From IMG/VR virus record IMGVR_UViG_3300049728_000011, positions 1 to 47,420 of that record: a stretch of 47,420 nt of DNA; one strand, 5' to 3'. The notes below the pieces were generated by a model. That model saw nothing but the letters and a program-made list of their open reading frames with translations, was not told where the DNA came from and searched no databases. Below, in pieces: positions 33,048-40,221 of the stretch (position 1 is the first letter of the stretch; every line of letters begins with the position of its first letter). Source of the stretch: a virus. Made by a program: the position numbers and the translations under genes.

Positions 33048-34307
33048 TTACACCGTAATGGCGTTGACAGTGATATTCAGCGCGGGGCAAACGGGTTGCT
33101 GGTCAATTCCCATTGTCACAGATGCCCCGCTTGTCGGGCTCGCAGAGAAGCCGATGAAAATCGATACCGGGGTGATATTGCCGATAGCTTGTATTGGGGC
33201 AGCGTACTCGGCTGCGATGATTTGCCCCCCAATGCGCGCACGTGACACGTTGATGGACCCATCTGCCGCAGAGTAGCCATTGATGAATGCAGATGCAACG
33301 GCCTGTTGCACCTGCGTAATGTAGTTGCTCGGCAATGTTGTCAAGTTAGCTACATTAACCGTGATGTATACCTGCGTGGCTGGAGGTACAACGTAGCGCA
33401 CAACATAAGTAGGGTAGGGCGCGACGTAATTGACTGTATCCTGAATGGTTACGCTAGTGGTGCCTTGTGACGACATACCGCAGCCCGCATCCAGCTTACT
33501 GTGAATCGCCGCGGCCACCGCAACAGTAGTGCCGCCAGACGCGGCTACCATGATCGAATTGGCCGGTATAGGGTAATTAGTCGTGCCGTAAGTAATTGCA
33601 GACGTGCTGCCATTGTTGTACACATACACGTCGCTGACGTTCGCCACTGCCGCAACAGCGGCGCGCACGGATTCTGCTGAACCAGTGCCCCCAATTTGCA
33701 CGCTCTCTTGTCGCCGCGTTTCGAACGCTGCCCGGCCTTCTACGTCTTGACCGGGTGTGCTGCTAACGCTGTTAGACACGCCTTCCCAGCCTGCCGAGCG
33801 CTGATAAATAGTCAGGTCGTTGATGCCTGCTACCGGCGCACTGCCCGAAGTAGTCGCTTGAAACGTCACCGTAGCGGTGCCTGCCGATCCAAACACGACA
33901 GATGTCGTAGAGGCCCATATTGTGCCGTCTGACGATTTAACTTGCGCGCCCGCTGCGAGCGGTTGACCGACAACGCCGGTTACAGTGGCAGGTACGGTGG
34001 CGTAAGTCGCTCCGTTGCGCTTAAGAAGATAGATACGGCCTAGCGCATCCTGAAATGCCCCCGATGTGGTCAACGGGTCCACGTTAGCAATTAATTGCGC
34101 TAACGCTGCCTGAAAGTCGGCCACCATGTACGATTGCGAAGAGGAAAGCTGGCCCTGTGGTGTAGCGAGTGCGGAAGACAACGTCTTACCCGTCGCAGCC
34201 CAAGCAGCGACATAGTCGGCCAGAATGCCTGTCAGGATAGCCTGTTCGCTATACGTGAGCAGTCCGGCGCTAGTGAAGGTCGGTAAAGGTACGTTTGTTG
34301 TAGCCAT
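33048..34307 (-). CDS. Baseplate J-like protein
   Basis: 419 aa. The N-terminal LPTFTSAGL...ILTGILADY pattern and its position upstream of the DUF2612 and fibre genes fit the baseplate J family. Confidence 0.78.
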   Translation of the reverse strand: MATTNVPLPTFTSAGLLTYSEQAILTGILADYVAAWAATGKTLSSALATPQGQLSSSQSYMVADFQAALAQLIANVDPLTTSGAFQDALGRIYLLKRNGATYATVPATVTGVVGQPLAAGAQVKSSDGTIWASTTSVVFGSAGTATVTFQATTSGSAPVAGINDLTIYQRSAGWEGVSNSVSSTPGQDVEGRAAFETRRQESVQIGGTGSAESVRAAVAAVANVSDVYVYNNGSTSAITYGTTNYPIPANSIMVAASGGTTVAVAAAIHSKLDAGCGMSSQGTTSVTIQDTVNYVAPYPTYVVRYVVPPATQVYITVNVANLTTLPSNYITQVQQAVASAFINGYSAADGSINVSRARIGGQIIAAEYAAPIQAIGNITPVSIFIGFSASPTSGASVTMGIDQQPVCPALNITVNAITV

Positions 34308-34346
34308 GCCGGTGAGTGTAGCAGAAACCGCAACGGGTGCGCAAAG

Positions 34347-34487
34347 TCAATTGTCAGGGCAGACAGTCTGTTTCATGTCGTACAAGTCGATCTTGATTTG
34401 CACATACTTAGCGAAGCCATCCGCGATGCTGGGCTGACCGTAAAACAACAACATGCCCAGCAGCACGACAATAAGCGCTTTGTACAT
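34347..34487 (-). CDS. Possible 46-aa secreted peptide
   Basis: My own translation gives MYKALIVVLLGMLLFYGQPSIADGFAKYVQIKIDLYDMKQTVCPDN, which has a signal-peptide-like N-terminus. The start overlaps the upstream stop as TAATG. Confidence 0.4.
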   Translation of the reverse strand: MYKALIVVLLGMLLFYGQPSIADGFAKYVQIKIDLYDMKQTVCPDN

Positions 34488-34852
34488 TATTTAAGCTCCT
34501 TGTATCTGCCGGTAATCCCATGCGCTGCCTCGATAGCGCGGAATAGATCAGCGAAACTAGACCCTAGCGTTTGGTCCCACGTTGCGTAAATGCTTGCAAT
34601 CTGCGCCTCGCTCAACGGCTCCCGCTTCACGCTGGCAATGGCCTGCTCTGCGTAGGCGCGCATTTGATCTGCAGTAAAAACAAACTCTGGAACGCAATCA
34701 ACTGCTTGATCTATTGCCATTTGAAATGCGAACTCGGCGCAACCATATTTGTCTTCAATTCCACGGGAATAAATTTCGCTGACGAGGCCTGAATTTTCTA
34801 GCTGAGGCCAATTTATTTCTATTGCCTCTGGCAATTCCGGTAACTTGCTCAT
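34487..34852 (-). CDS. Hypothetical protein (accessory island)
   Basis: 121-aa ORF, ATGA-coupled to the upstream gene. Confidence 0.65.
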   Translation of the reverse strand: MSKLPELPEAIEINWPQLENSGLVSEIYSRGIEDKYGCAEFAFQMAIDQAVDCVPEFVFTADQMRAYAEQAIASVKREPLSEAQIASIYATWDQTLGSSFADLFRAIEAAHGITGRYKELK

Positions 34853-35649
34853 GCTGACTCCTTTGCTGCGATAGCTGCGTCAATTGCTTCGCGTGCGGTC
34901 TTGTGCTCGTCAATCTGTACCCATACGTCCCAGCCGCCGCTATCGTTCAGGCAAGGATATTCAAGCCAGTAAAGTGTTGGATACTCGGCTTCATCTGGGT
35001 CGTAATCGTTACGTACAGATGCTTGCTTCTCGATCAAGAAATTCAGACGCTCGCTGTCCTTCGCATCTGCGGATGGCGGGGCGTTGTTTTCGGTCATTTC
35101 TGCATACCAAACGTTGTTACCGAACTCGCCAGTCAATCGAGCGAAGATTCTATGGCCAGCATCATCGTCGCCTGTGCTGACATCGACGCTGATTTGCTGC
35201 CCCTCTGGAGGCGCTACCGGCTCCGCACTTACAGACGCTGGTGGGGCGGTGTAGAGCGGCACCGGGTCTGCATCATAAGCAAGTGCCTGAGCGAAGCGCT
35301 CTGTATAGGCAGGGTGTTTCAGTCCATCTTTCGGTTTGTAGCGCCACGCTACCGGCTCCGCACTCCCCATAGCTGCGCGCTCAATAAACAGCATCAATGC
35401 CTCGGCCAGCGCTCCGGCACCGAGAGAATGATTGCCATCTACGCGCCTGATTTCCTGCGCCAGCGCATCAGCGTCTAGCGTGATCGCTGGCGTAGCTGCG
35501 CGCTTGGCGAGCAGATAACCTTGAAACACGTTTTCAGTGTCACGGTTTTTGTATGCCCCATAGCCACTATACTGCTCAAAGTTTGCGTTTTTATTCTGGA
35601 CTAGCGCTTCGAACTCGCGGCGCTCTTGTTCAATGTTCAGTTCTTTCAC
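34849..35649 (-). CDS. Hypothetical modular protein (accessory island)
   Basis: 266-aa ORF with EFEAL, PVAW and PLYTAPP modules, as seen in ead/nin-region proteins of lambdoid phages (from memory). Confidence 0.7.
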   Translation of the reverse strand: MKELNIEQERREFEALVQNKNANFEQYSGYGAYKNRDTENVFQGYLLAKRAATPAITLDADALAQEIRRVDGNHSLGAGALAEALMLFIERAAMGSAEPVAWRYKPKDGLKHPAYTERFAQALAYDADPVPLYTAPPASVSAEPVAPPEGQQISVDVSTGDDDAGHRIFARLTGEFGNNVWYAEMTENNAPPSADAKDSERLNFLIEKQASVRNDYDPDEAEYPTLYWLEYPCLNDSGGWDVWVQIDEHKTAREAIDAAIAAKESA

Positions 35650-36038
35650 GATTTCACCTCTTGCGATTGGAGGACTGCATTTATGCTTGCGCCTAGCATG
35701 AATGAAAGCTCACGCTCTTTCTCGTTAATGCCTTCGATTGTCGAGAGGAACCCTGCGCATGACTTCAATATCCCGCGTAACAGCGCCGCATCAGCCTTTG
35801 CCTGCTCAAGCTCTGCCAGCAGCTTGAGGATTGCGGCGGGGTTGGTGGCTGCGATGAAATTAGCGTTCTTTCGATTGTCATCGCGATTACCGTTACCGCG
35901 TATCTGAATTTCGATGCCGAGCCTGTCGTCGGTTTCTGGCGCGTAGACACGCGGCGAGTTGGCATGGTTGCTTTTCCTCCACGGCCCCGGTGTCGCAGCC
36001 TCTGCCAGCCGCTTCAGTTCTTTCAGATCGTCGCTCAT
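35646..36038 (-). CDS. Ead/Ea22-like protein
   Basis: Contains TPGPW...NANFIAATNPAAILKLLAELE, typical of the Ead/Ea22-like family. ATG 36038 (MSDDLKELK) overlaps the upstream stop as ATGA. The track start at 36086 is an extension. Confidence 0.65.
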   Translation of the reverse strand: MSDDLKELKRLAEAATPGPWRKSNHANSPRVYAPETDDRLGIEIQIRGNGNRDDNRKNANFIAATNPAAILKLLAELEQAKADAALLRGILKSCAGFLSTIEGINEKERELSFMLGASINAVLQSQEVKS

Positions 36039-36871
36039 TGGGTGCCGCCTTCCTTGCGCATACGACGATAGAAATGCTCGCAGCAAAAGCGCTTACCTCT
36101 CTTAGTCGCGCTGTTTTGGCTTGTTGTCAGCCCGAGTTCCATCATTATTTGAGTCAACGTATGACCGCAGTGATACCCGGCAATTCGTTTTAGAACACCC
36201 TCCGCAAGAAGAGTGCGGTAGTCATTAGTGCCAAAACTTGTGTTTTCAAAGGCGGCTGAAATTTGCTCCGTGCTCAGTTCGTATTGATTTTGTTTAGCCA
36301 TTGGCGCAACTGATGAAACACGTATCATCTGTAATTTTCCATCAGTATGGTTGGCATATGCGTACCGTAGAGCATCGCCGATTGTCGGTGTACCCCATGA
36401 TTTCGTTTTTTCTGATTTGCCAGTTGCGGTGTAGTTGGCATCATCCTCGCTTTTGAAAATTACGCCTTCCTCGCCATTTGGCGACAGCACTGCAAAGAAC
36501 TCAGGTTGCACTGCTACAGCTTGCGCATCGGCAGGAGTTGTTCCGTTCATCCGCTTAAAGCCAGCGTCAAGCAATGTCTTTTGAATCTTTGCGATTTGCT
36601 CGGCAGTAAATCTATTACTCGGCGCGACTGCTTGCGCATCAGCCTTTGCCTGCTCAAGCTCTGCGGATGGTGCGCGACGGTTCCACTGCTCAACTAATAG
36701 TTCTCGTTTATACCTGCTAGCGAATGAGGCTGTGCAGCCCAAACAGTCGATTGAATAAACGGTGTCGCTATGATGCAAATATCCAATTCCTGCGCCGGGA
36801 TGCGCAGCGAGTTTTACGTCTTCGCTACCGCAAAACGGGCAGGGCTTCAGTTCCTTCAGATCGTCGCTCAT
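36035..36871 (-). CDS. Protein with an N-terminal Lar-like zinc ribbon
   Basis: KPCPFCGS...CLGC...EQWNRRAP matches the Lar restriction-alleviation pattern. 278 aa with an unrelated C-terminal part. Confidence 0.7.
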   Translation of the reverse strand: MSDDLKELKPCPFCGSEDVKLAAHPGAGIGYLHHSDTVYSIDCLGCTASFASRYKRELLVEQWNRRAPSAELEQAKADAQAVAPSNRFTAEQIAKIQKTLLDAGFKRMNGTTPADAQAVAVQPEFFAVLSPNGEEGVIFKSEDDANYTATGKSEKTKSWGTPTIGDALRYAYANHTDGKLQMIRVSSVAPMAKQNQYELSTEQISAAFENTSFGTNDYRTLLAEGVLKRIAGYHCGHTLTQIMMELGLTTSQNSATKRGKRFCCEHFYRRMRKEGGTQ

Positions 36872-37038
36872 TACAACTTACCTCCACGTGCAAGCCGCTT
36901 TAGGATGCTGTAACGCTGCGACATAAGATCGGAAACATCACTCTTCCCGTTCTCAGCAAGCTCTTCATTCAACTCTCCATTTAGAGTGTCTAACCAAAGG
37001 TCTAGCGCCATTTCATCTGGCATCAGCTCGTCGCTCAT
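36871..37038 (-). CDS. Possible 55-aa acidic protein
   Basis: My own translation gives MSDELMPDEMALDLWLDTLNGELNEELAENGKSDVSDLMSQRYSILKRLARGGKL. It has an ATGA overlap upstream and a TAATG overlap downstream. Confidence 0.45.
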   Translation of the reverse strand: MSDELMPDEMALDLWLDTLNGELNEELAENGKSDVSDLMSQRYSILKRLARGGKL

Positions 37039-38279
37039 TTGCGCACCTCGGCTTTCAGGGCGCGGATGGGATCCGCTACATTTTGGCCGTCTGAATAGCG
37101 GCTTCGTTCTGCGGCTCTAGCTCCAACAATTGCCGCCTCTTCCAGCGCCGCATTGCGGATTGCTGTACTGTCGGCTGGGCGGGTGTAGAGCGTGCGGCGC
37201 TGGTCAACTGGCGTGCGGTCGTATTCAACTTTATCAACGTCAAACCAAAAATCGCGACGGCTAAATGACCTCTGCTGATACACAGCTTGCGCATCGGCCT
37301 GCGCTGGCTCCTGCGGTGCGACTGCGATCTGCATTGTTGTCATGTCATCCAGTAATATTAACAGTTGTGGGCCGTCTACAAGAACTTCCCCGTTGTAGAT
37401 ACCAGCTTTGTAAGCTGCGTTGGCAATAGCTTGCATAAGCGCCTTTACCTGCGTAATTAACTCAGTAAGTGTTCGGTTTCTAGGCTCGACGTTTAAAACT
37501 ATGTCCAGCTCTTCAAGCCTTGACGAGTCGATGCAAACGTGTGGAGTGCCATGATGCGGACAGCCTTCGTCTTCGCATAATTCAGGTTCCCGCGTGTTTT
37601 GTGAAGCGGCGAGAATGGCTCGGGCGAAAATGTTAACCTCGTCGCCTACATCCTTTGCCTCGATTATGGATGCATTCCAGATTGCGCTAATCTGCTCATC
37701 CGTCAGCACCTGCGGCGTCAACTGCACTGCGGCGTAAACACCCTCCAAAGCGTTAGCCCATTCGAACATTTTGGACTTTGAAATCTCAACATGATCCGCC
37801 CACATCGGGTCTTCAGAGATGCCACGCAATTCGACGGCCACACGGTTGATAACGTCATCTGCGACAGGTCCGGCAATTGTTTTCTCTGACTCCTGCGTTT
37901 TCGTCTGGCTTTTCCGTTTGTTGCAATTATTGCAGCGACGTTCACTTACCTGATCCCCGAAGTAATGGAAATCGTGAGTGCATGTTTGCGCTGGCTCTCG
38001 TAATATGTCGGCATCTTTGAGCTCAGCCAAAGCCGCCGTTTGCTTTTGATGCCAATCATAGAAGTCTTGCATTGCATACAGTGCGTATGACTCCGCGCTA
38101 TCTTCGTCCGCGAAGTCCATACCGATGTAGTTGCGAATGATGTCCTTCATCTTCATTTCAGGCGGCATCGGAACCTTGCCAATCAGAACGCGCTCACCAT
38201 TTGGCTTCTCGCCAAGCGCGTCGATCATTTCGGGGAAATTTTCATCAGCCATGTCATACGTTTGTTCTTTGTTTGTCAT
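37035..38279 (-). CDS. Large modular hypothetical protein (accessory island)
   Basis: 414-aa ORF with Cys/His clusters CNNCNKRK and CEDEGCPHHGTPHVC, plus LTDEQI and LYTRP modules. Confidence 0.75.
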   Translation of the reverse strand: MTNKEQTYDMADENFPEMIDALGEKPNGERVLIGKVPMPPEMKMKDIIRNYIGMDFADEDSAESYALYAMQDFYDWHQKQTAALAELKDADILREPAQTCTHDFHYFGDQVSERRCNNCNKRKSQTKTQESEKTIAGPVADDVINRVAVELRGISEDPMWADHVEISKSKMFEWANALEGVYAAVQLTPQVLTDEQISAIWNASIIEAKDVGDEVNIFARAILAASQNTREPELCEDEGCPHHGTPHVCIDSSRLEELDIVLNVEPRNRTLTELITQVKALMQAIANAAYKAGIYNGEVLVDGPQLLILLDDMTTMQIAVAPQEPAQADAQAVYQQRSFSRRDFWFDVDKVEYDRTPVDQRRTLYTRPADSTAIRNAALEEAAIVGARAAERSRYSDGQNVADPIRALKAEVRK

Positions 38280-38302
38280 TATTTACTCCTGATGTTGGTC
38301 GA

Positions 38303-38632
38303 TCAAAACGGGCAATCGCCCTTTACTGGTGCAGCCACTTCGAACGGCATGTCGCTATCTTTCACGCCTTGCCGCTTCAACTGGTTGTACGGCCCTCGCG
38401 GGTTGTTGTCGCAGAACGGGTGCGTGGTGCGATGCGGATACGTGCCGTCTTTTCCCACTACGTTGCGGCAATAACACAAACCCCGTCGATTGTATTCCCG
38501 GCCTTCTAGTCGCCACCCCGATACTGTGTTGCACACTTCGCACGCTGGTGGCCTGACGTATTCGTCGGGGTGCCGTTTACTGACTCGGCGATGGCGACAT
38601 GCGCTATTTTTGCAGCGCACTGAGTAGGTCAT
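38303..38632 (-). CDS. Cys/His-rich zinc-binding protein candidate
   Basis: 109 aa with the motifs CKNSAC, CEVC, CYC and YPHRTTHPFC. It is ATGA-coupled to the upstream P-loop ORF. Confidence 0.7.
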   Translation of the reverse strand: MTYSVRCKNSACRHRRVSKRHPDEYVRPPACEVCNTVSGWRLEGREYNRRGLCYCRNVVGKDGTYPHRTTHPFCDNNPRGPYNQLKRQGVKDSDMPFEVAAPVKGDCPF

Positions 38633-38874
38633 GACTGCTGCCGCACACCCTTAATAGCAACCGCGTGATCGACTGCGTGAAGGGGATACTTTCGCAAGAC
38701 TTTGGGGTCATTCGTTAAATACAATATCCCCGCATCGGGTTCAAATTTGAAACCTGATGCGTGAAAGAGGTCATCATCACATACCTGCTCACAATCATAA
38801 GCAACCATTAGCGCCTCTGCGTTACGCGTCTTGCCGCAACCTTGCGGGCCGTACACTATTACGGATTTTTTCAT
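38629..38874 (-). CDS. Minimal (81-aa) P-loop NTPase-like protein
   Basis: Walker A GPQGCGKT at residues 9-16, and a possible Walker B VCDDD. It is the first ORF of the island, downstream of the structured leader. Confidence 0.7.
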   Translation of the reverse strand: MKKSVIVYGPQGCGKTRNAEALMVAYDCEQVCDDDLFHASGFKFEPDAGILYLTNDPKVLRKYPLHAVDHAVAIKGVRQQS

Positions 38875-39185
38875 TTGCGACTCCTGTTAGGTTTGGTGTT
38901 GGTGCAACTACAGGACGACATTCCTTTAGACCCCGTGCGGAAGAACTGCGATGAGTGCGCACGGGTTTGCGCAGTTTGCAACTTCATAGTTGCACCAACA
39001 TAGAAGCGGGCCGGGCTTGATTCCGGCTAGTGCGGGACAGCCTCTCGGGTCTAGGACCGTTCCCGCGACATGGCAGACGAGGCGCGCCTCTGCCATTCCC
39101 ACTTAGGTCTGCGTGTCCTTCCACGCCGCCGCTTCTATGTTGGCCCTGCGCTCTCTTACCCGGCGCAGGTTTAGGTGGTACTAAC
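38875..39185. ncRNA. Unclassified highly structured GC-rich non-coding segment (leader or ncRNA candidate; strand unresolved)
   Basis: The perfect complementary pairs are 38897-38910 with 38987-39000 (14 bp), 38995-39009 with 39129-39143 (15 bp) and 38932-38939 with 38958-38965 (8 bp), plus five local hairpins. No credible ORF is present. Confidence 0.4.
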
Positions 39186-39242
39186 GTGCTTGACAAAGAA
39201 TTTAAGCGTATCTTACGATAACTTAAATTCTTTGTCAAGCAC
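39186..39242. repeat. Perfect 21-bp inverted repeat with a 15-nt spacer
   Basis: GTGCTTGACAAAGAATTTAAG (39186-39206) pairs with CTTAAATTCTTTGTCAAGCAC (39222-39242). TTTT follows on the plus strand. Confidence 0.9.
39210..39238 (-). promoter_or_regulatory. Sigma70-type promoter TTGACA-17-TAAGAT embedded in the 21-bp inverted repeat
   Basis: On the minus strand the -35 is at 39233-39238 and the -10 at 39210-39215. It points into the structured leader and the accessory island. Confidence 0.5.
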
Positions 39243-39244
39243 TT

Positions 39245-40033
39245 TTAACCGGTCATGTTGCCGGTGTTACCCGAACCGGTTTGTACGCCGCCGTGGATAT
39301 GATTGTTCACGCTGCCATTTGGCACGATGACGTCTGGCGCAGTGATCGGGCTAGCAAACGTGAAGTTGCCCGAACCCGTCGCAGTGCCGCTTACTGACTT
39401 ACTAAACACGGTCGGGGCGTTGACAACTAACTGTGACGCGTTGACCGTTGTTGTACTTGCCGACGTGGTGGCGATTGTCGATCCGGCCTGCAACGTCAGT
39501 GAACCCCCCGCATTGAGCGCAATGTTGCCTGTCGCGTTCAGGTTGATATTGCCCGGCGAGACAATGTTAATACCTGCCGCGCTAGCAAGAAACTGAACGT
39601 ACTGTGTCGGTGCGCCGTTCAAGAAGCCGCCGAGGTACAGTCCGTCAGCGGTGCTGAATACGCGGTCGGTGGACGCCGGGCTAGGCTGCAACGTGCTCTT
39701 GATCGTGGTGATGTCTTTCTGCGCGTACAGTGCTACGCCGATGTCCCCGACCACTGGGTCTAAGATGATCGCAGATACGCCACCCTGCATGCGCATGTAG
39801 GGCACGTTGTATGCTGGGCTTTGATCGAGCACGATGCTGTTCGTGTCTACGTCCAGAACCATTGGCTGCACAGTGACAAACCCGACACGATCCGATACCG
39901 GATTGACTGCCTGCACATGTACCAGTTCTGCGGTGTTGATCGTGCCGCGCAGCAACGACAAGATGACGTATTCTTGTGAACGGTCCTCATCAAACTGCGA
40001 TTCGAACGAGAAACTAAATGGGGTGTTGCTCAC
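39245..40033 (-). CDS. Baseplate central spike / gpV (gp138 N-terminal-like) protein
   Basis: The N-terminal pattern LLRGTINTAELVHVQAV...PYMRMQGG...PVVGDIG resembles Mu gp45 / P2 V-type spike proteins. Confidence 0.72.
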   Translation of the reverse strand: MSNTPFSFSFESQFDEDRSQEYVILSLLRGTINTAELVHVQAVNPVSDRVGFVTVQPMVLDVDTNSIVLDQSPAYNVPYMRMQGGVSAIILDPVVGDIGVALYAQKDITTIKSTLQPSPASTDRVFSTADGLYLGGFLNGAPTQYVQFLASAAGINIVSPGNINLNATGNIALNAGGSLTLQAGSTIATTSASTTTVNASQLVVNAPTVFSKSVSGTATGSGNFTFASPITAPDVIVPNGSVNNHIHGGVQTGSGNTGNMTG

Positions 40034-40221
40034 GGTTCGCGCCCCTCTAACTCGGAAACACGGAAGCGAAGCGCAAGTACTTCGTCGGACAAGTCCAAGA
40101 CACAGCGCACAAGAAAATGCGCATTGATAGGCAACCCCGGCCCCCGTTGCCCGCCGTCCGCATCGGGACGCAGACTTTGTTCTATAGCTGACAAACGCTC
40201 ATAGGTTTCGTATTGGATCAT
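40030..40221 (-). CDS. Hypothetical small protein
   Basis: 63-aa ORF, coupled by overlaps on both sides. Confidence 0.5.
   Translation of the reverse strand: MIQYETYERLSAIEQSLRPDADGGQRGPGLPINAHFLVRCVLDLSDEVLALRFRVSELEGREP

Noticed and set aside
38875-39185. Possible cobalamin-riboswitch-like strings (GGGAAUGGCAG and GUCCCGCACUAG) on the minus-strand RNA.
   Set aside because: There is only a loose resemblance to the B12-box region. The characteristic GCCACUG is absent and the downstream gene context does not fit. I treat the segment as unclassified.
38984-39238. 84-aa minus-strand ORF and 63-aa plus-strand ORF (39030-39221) in the structured segment.
   Set aside because: Both have Arg/Gly/Pro-rich low-complexity translations typical of out-of-frame GC-rich DNA. 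The minus-strand ORF starts on the TTG of the -35 hexamer, and neither has a ribosome-binding sequence.
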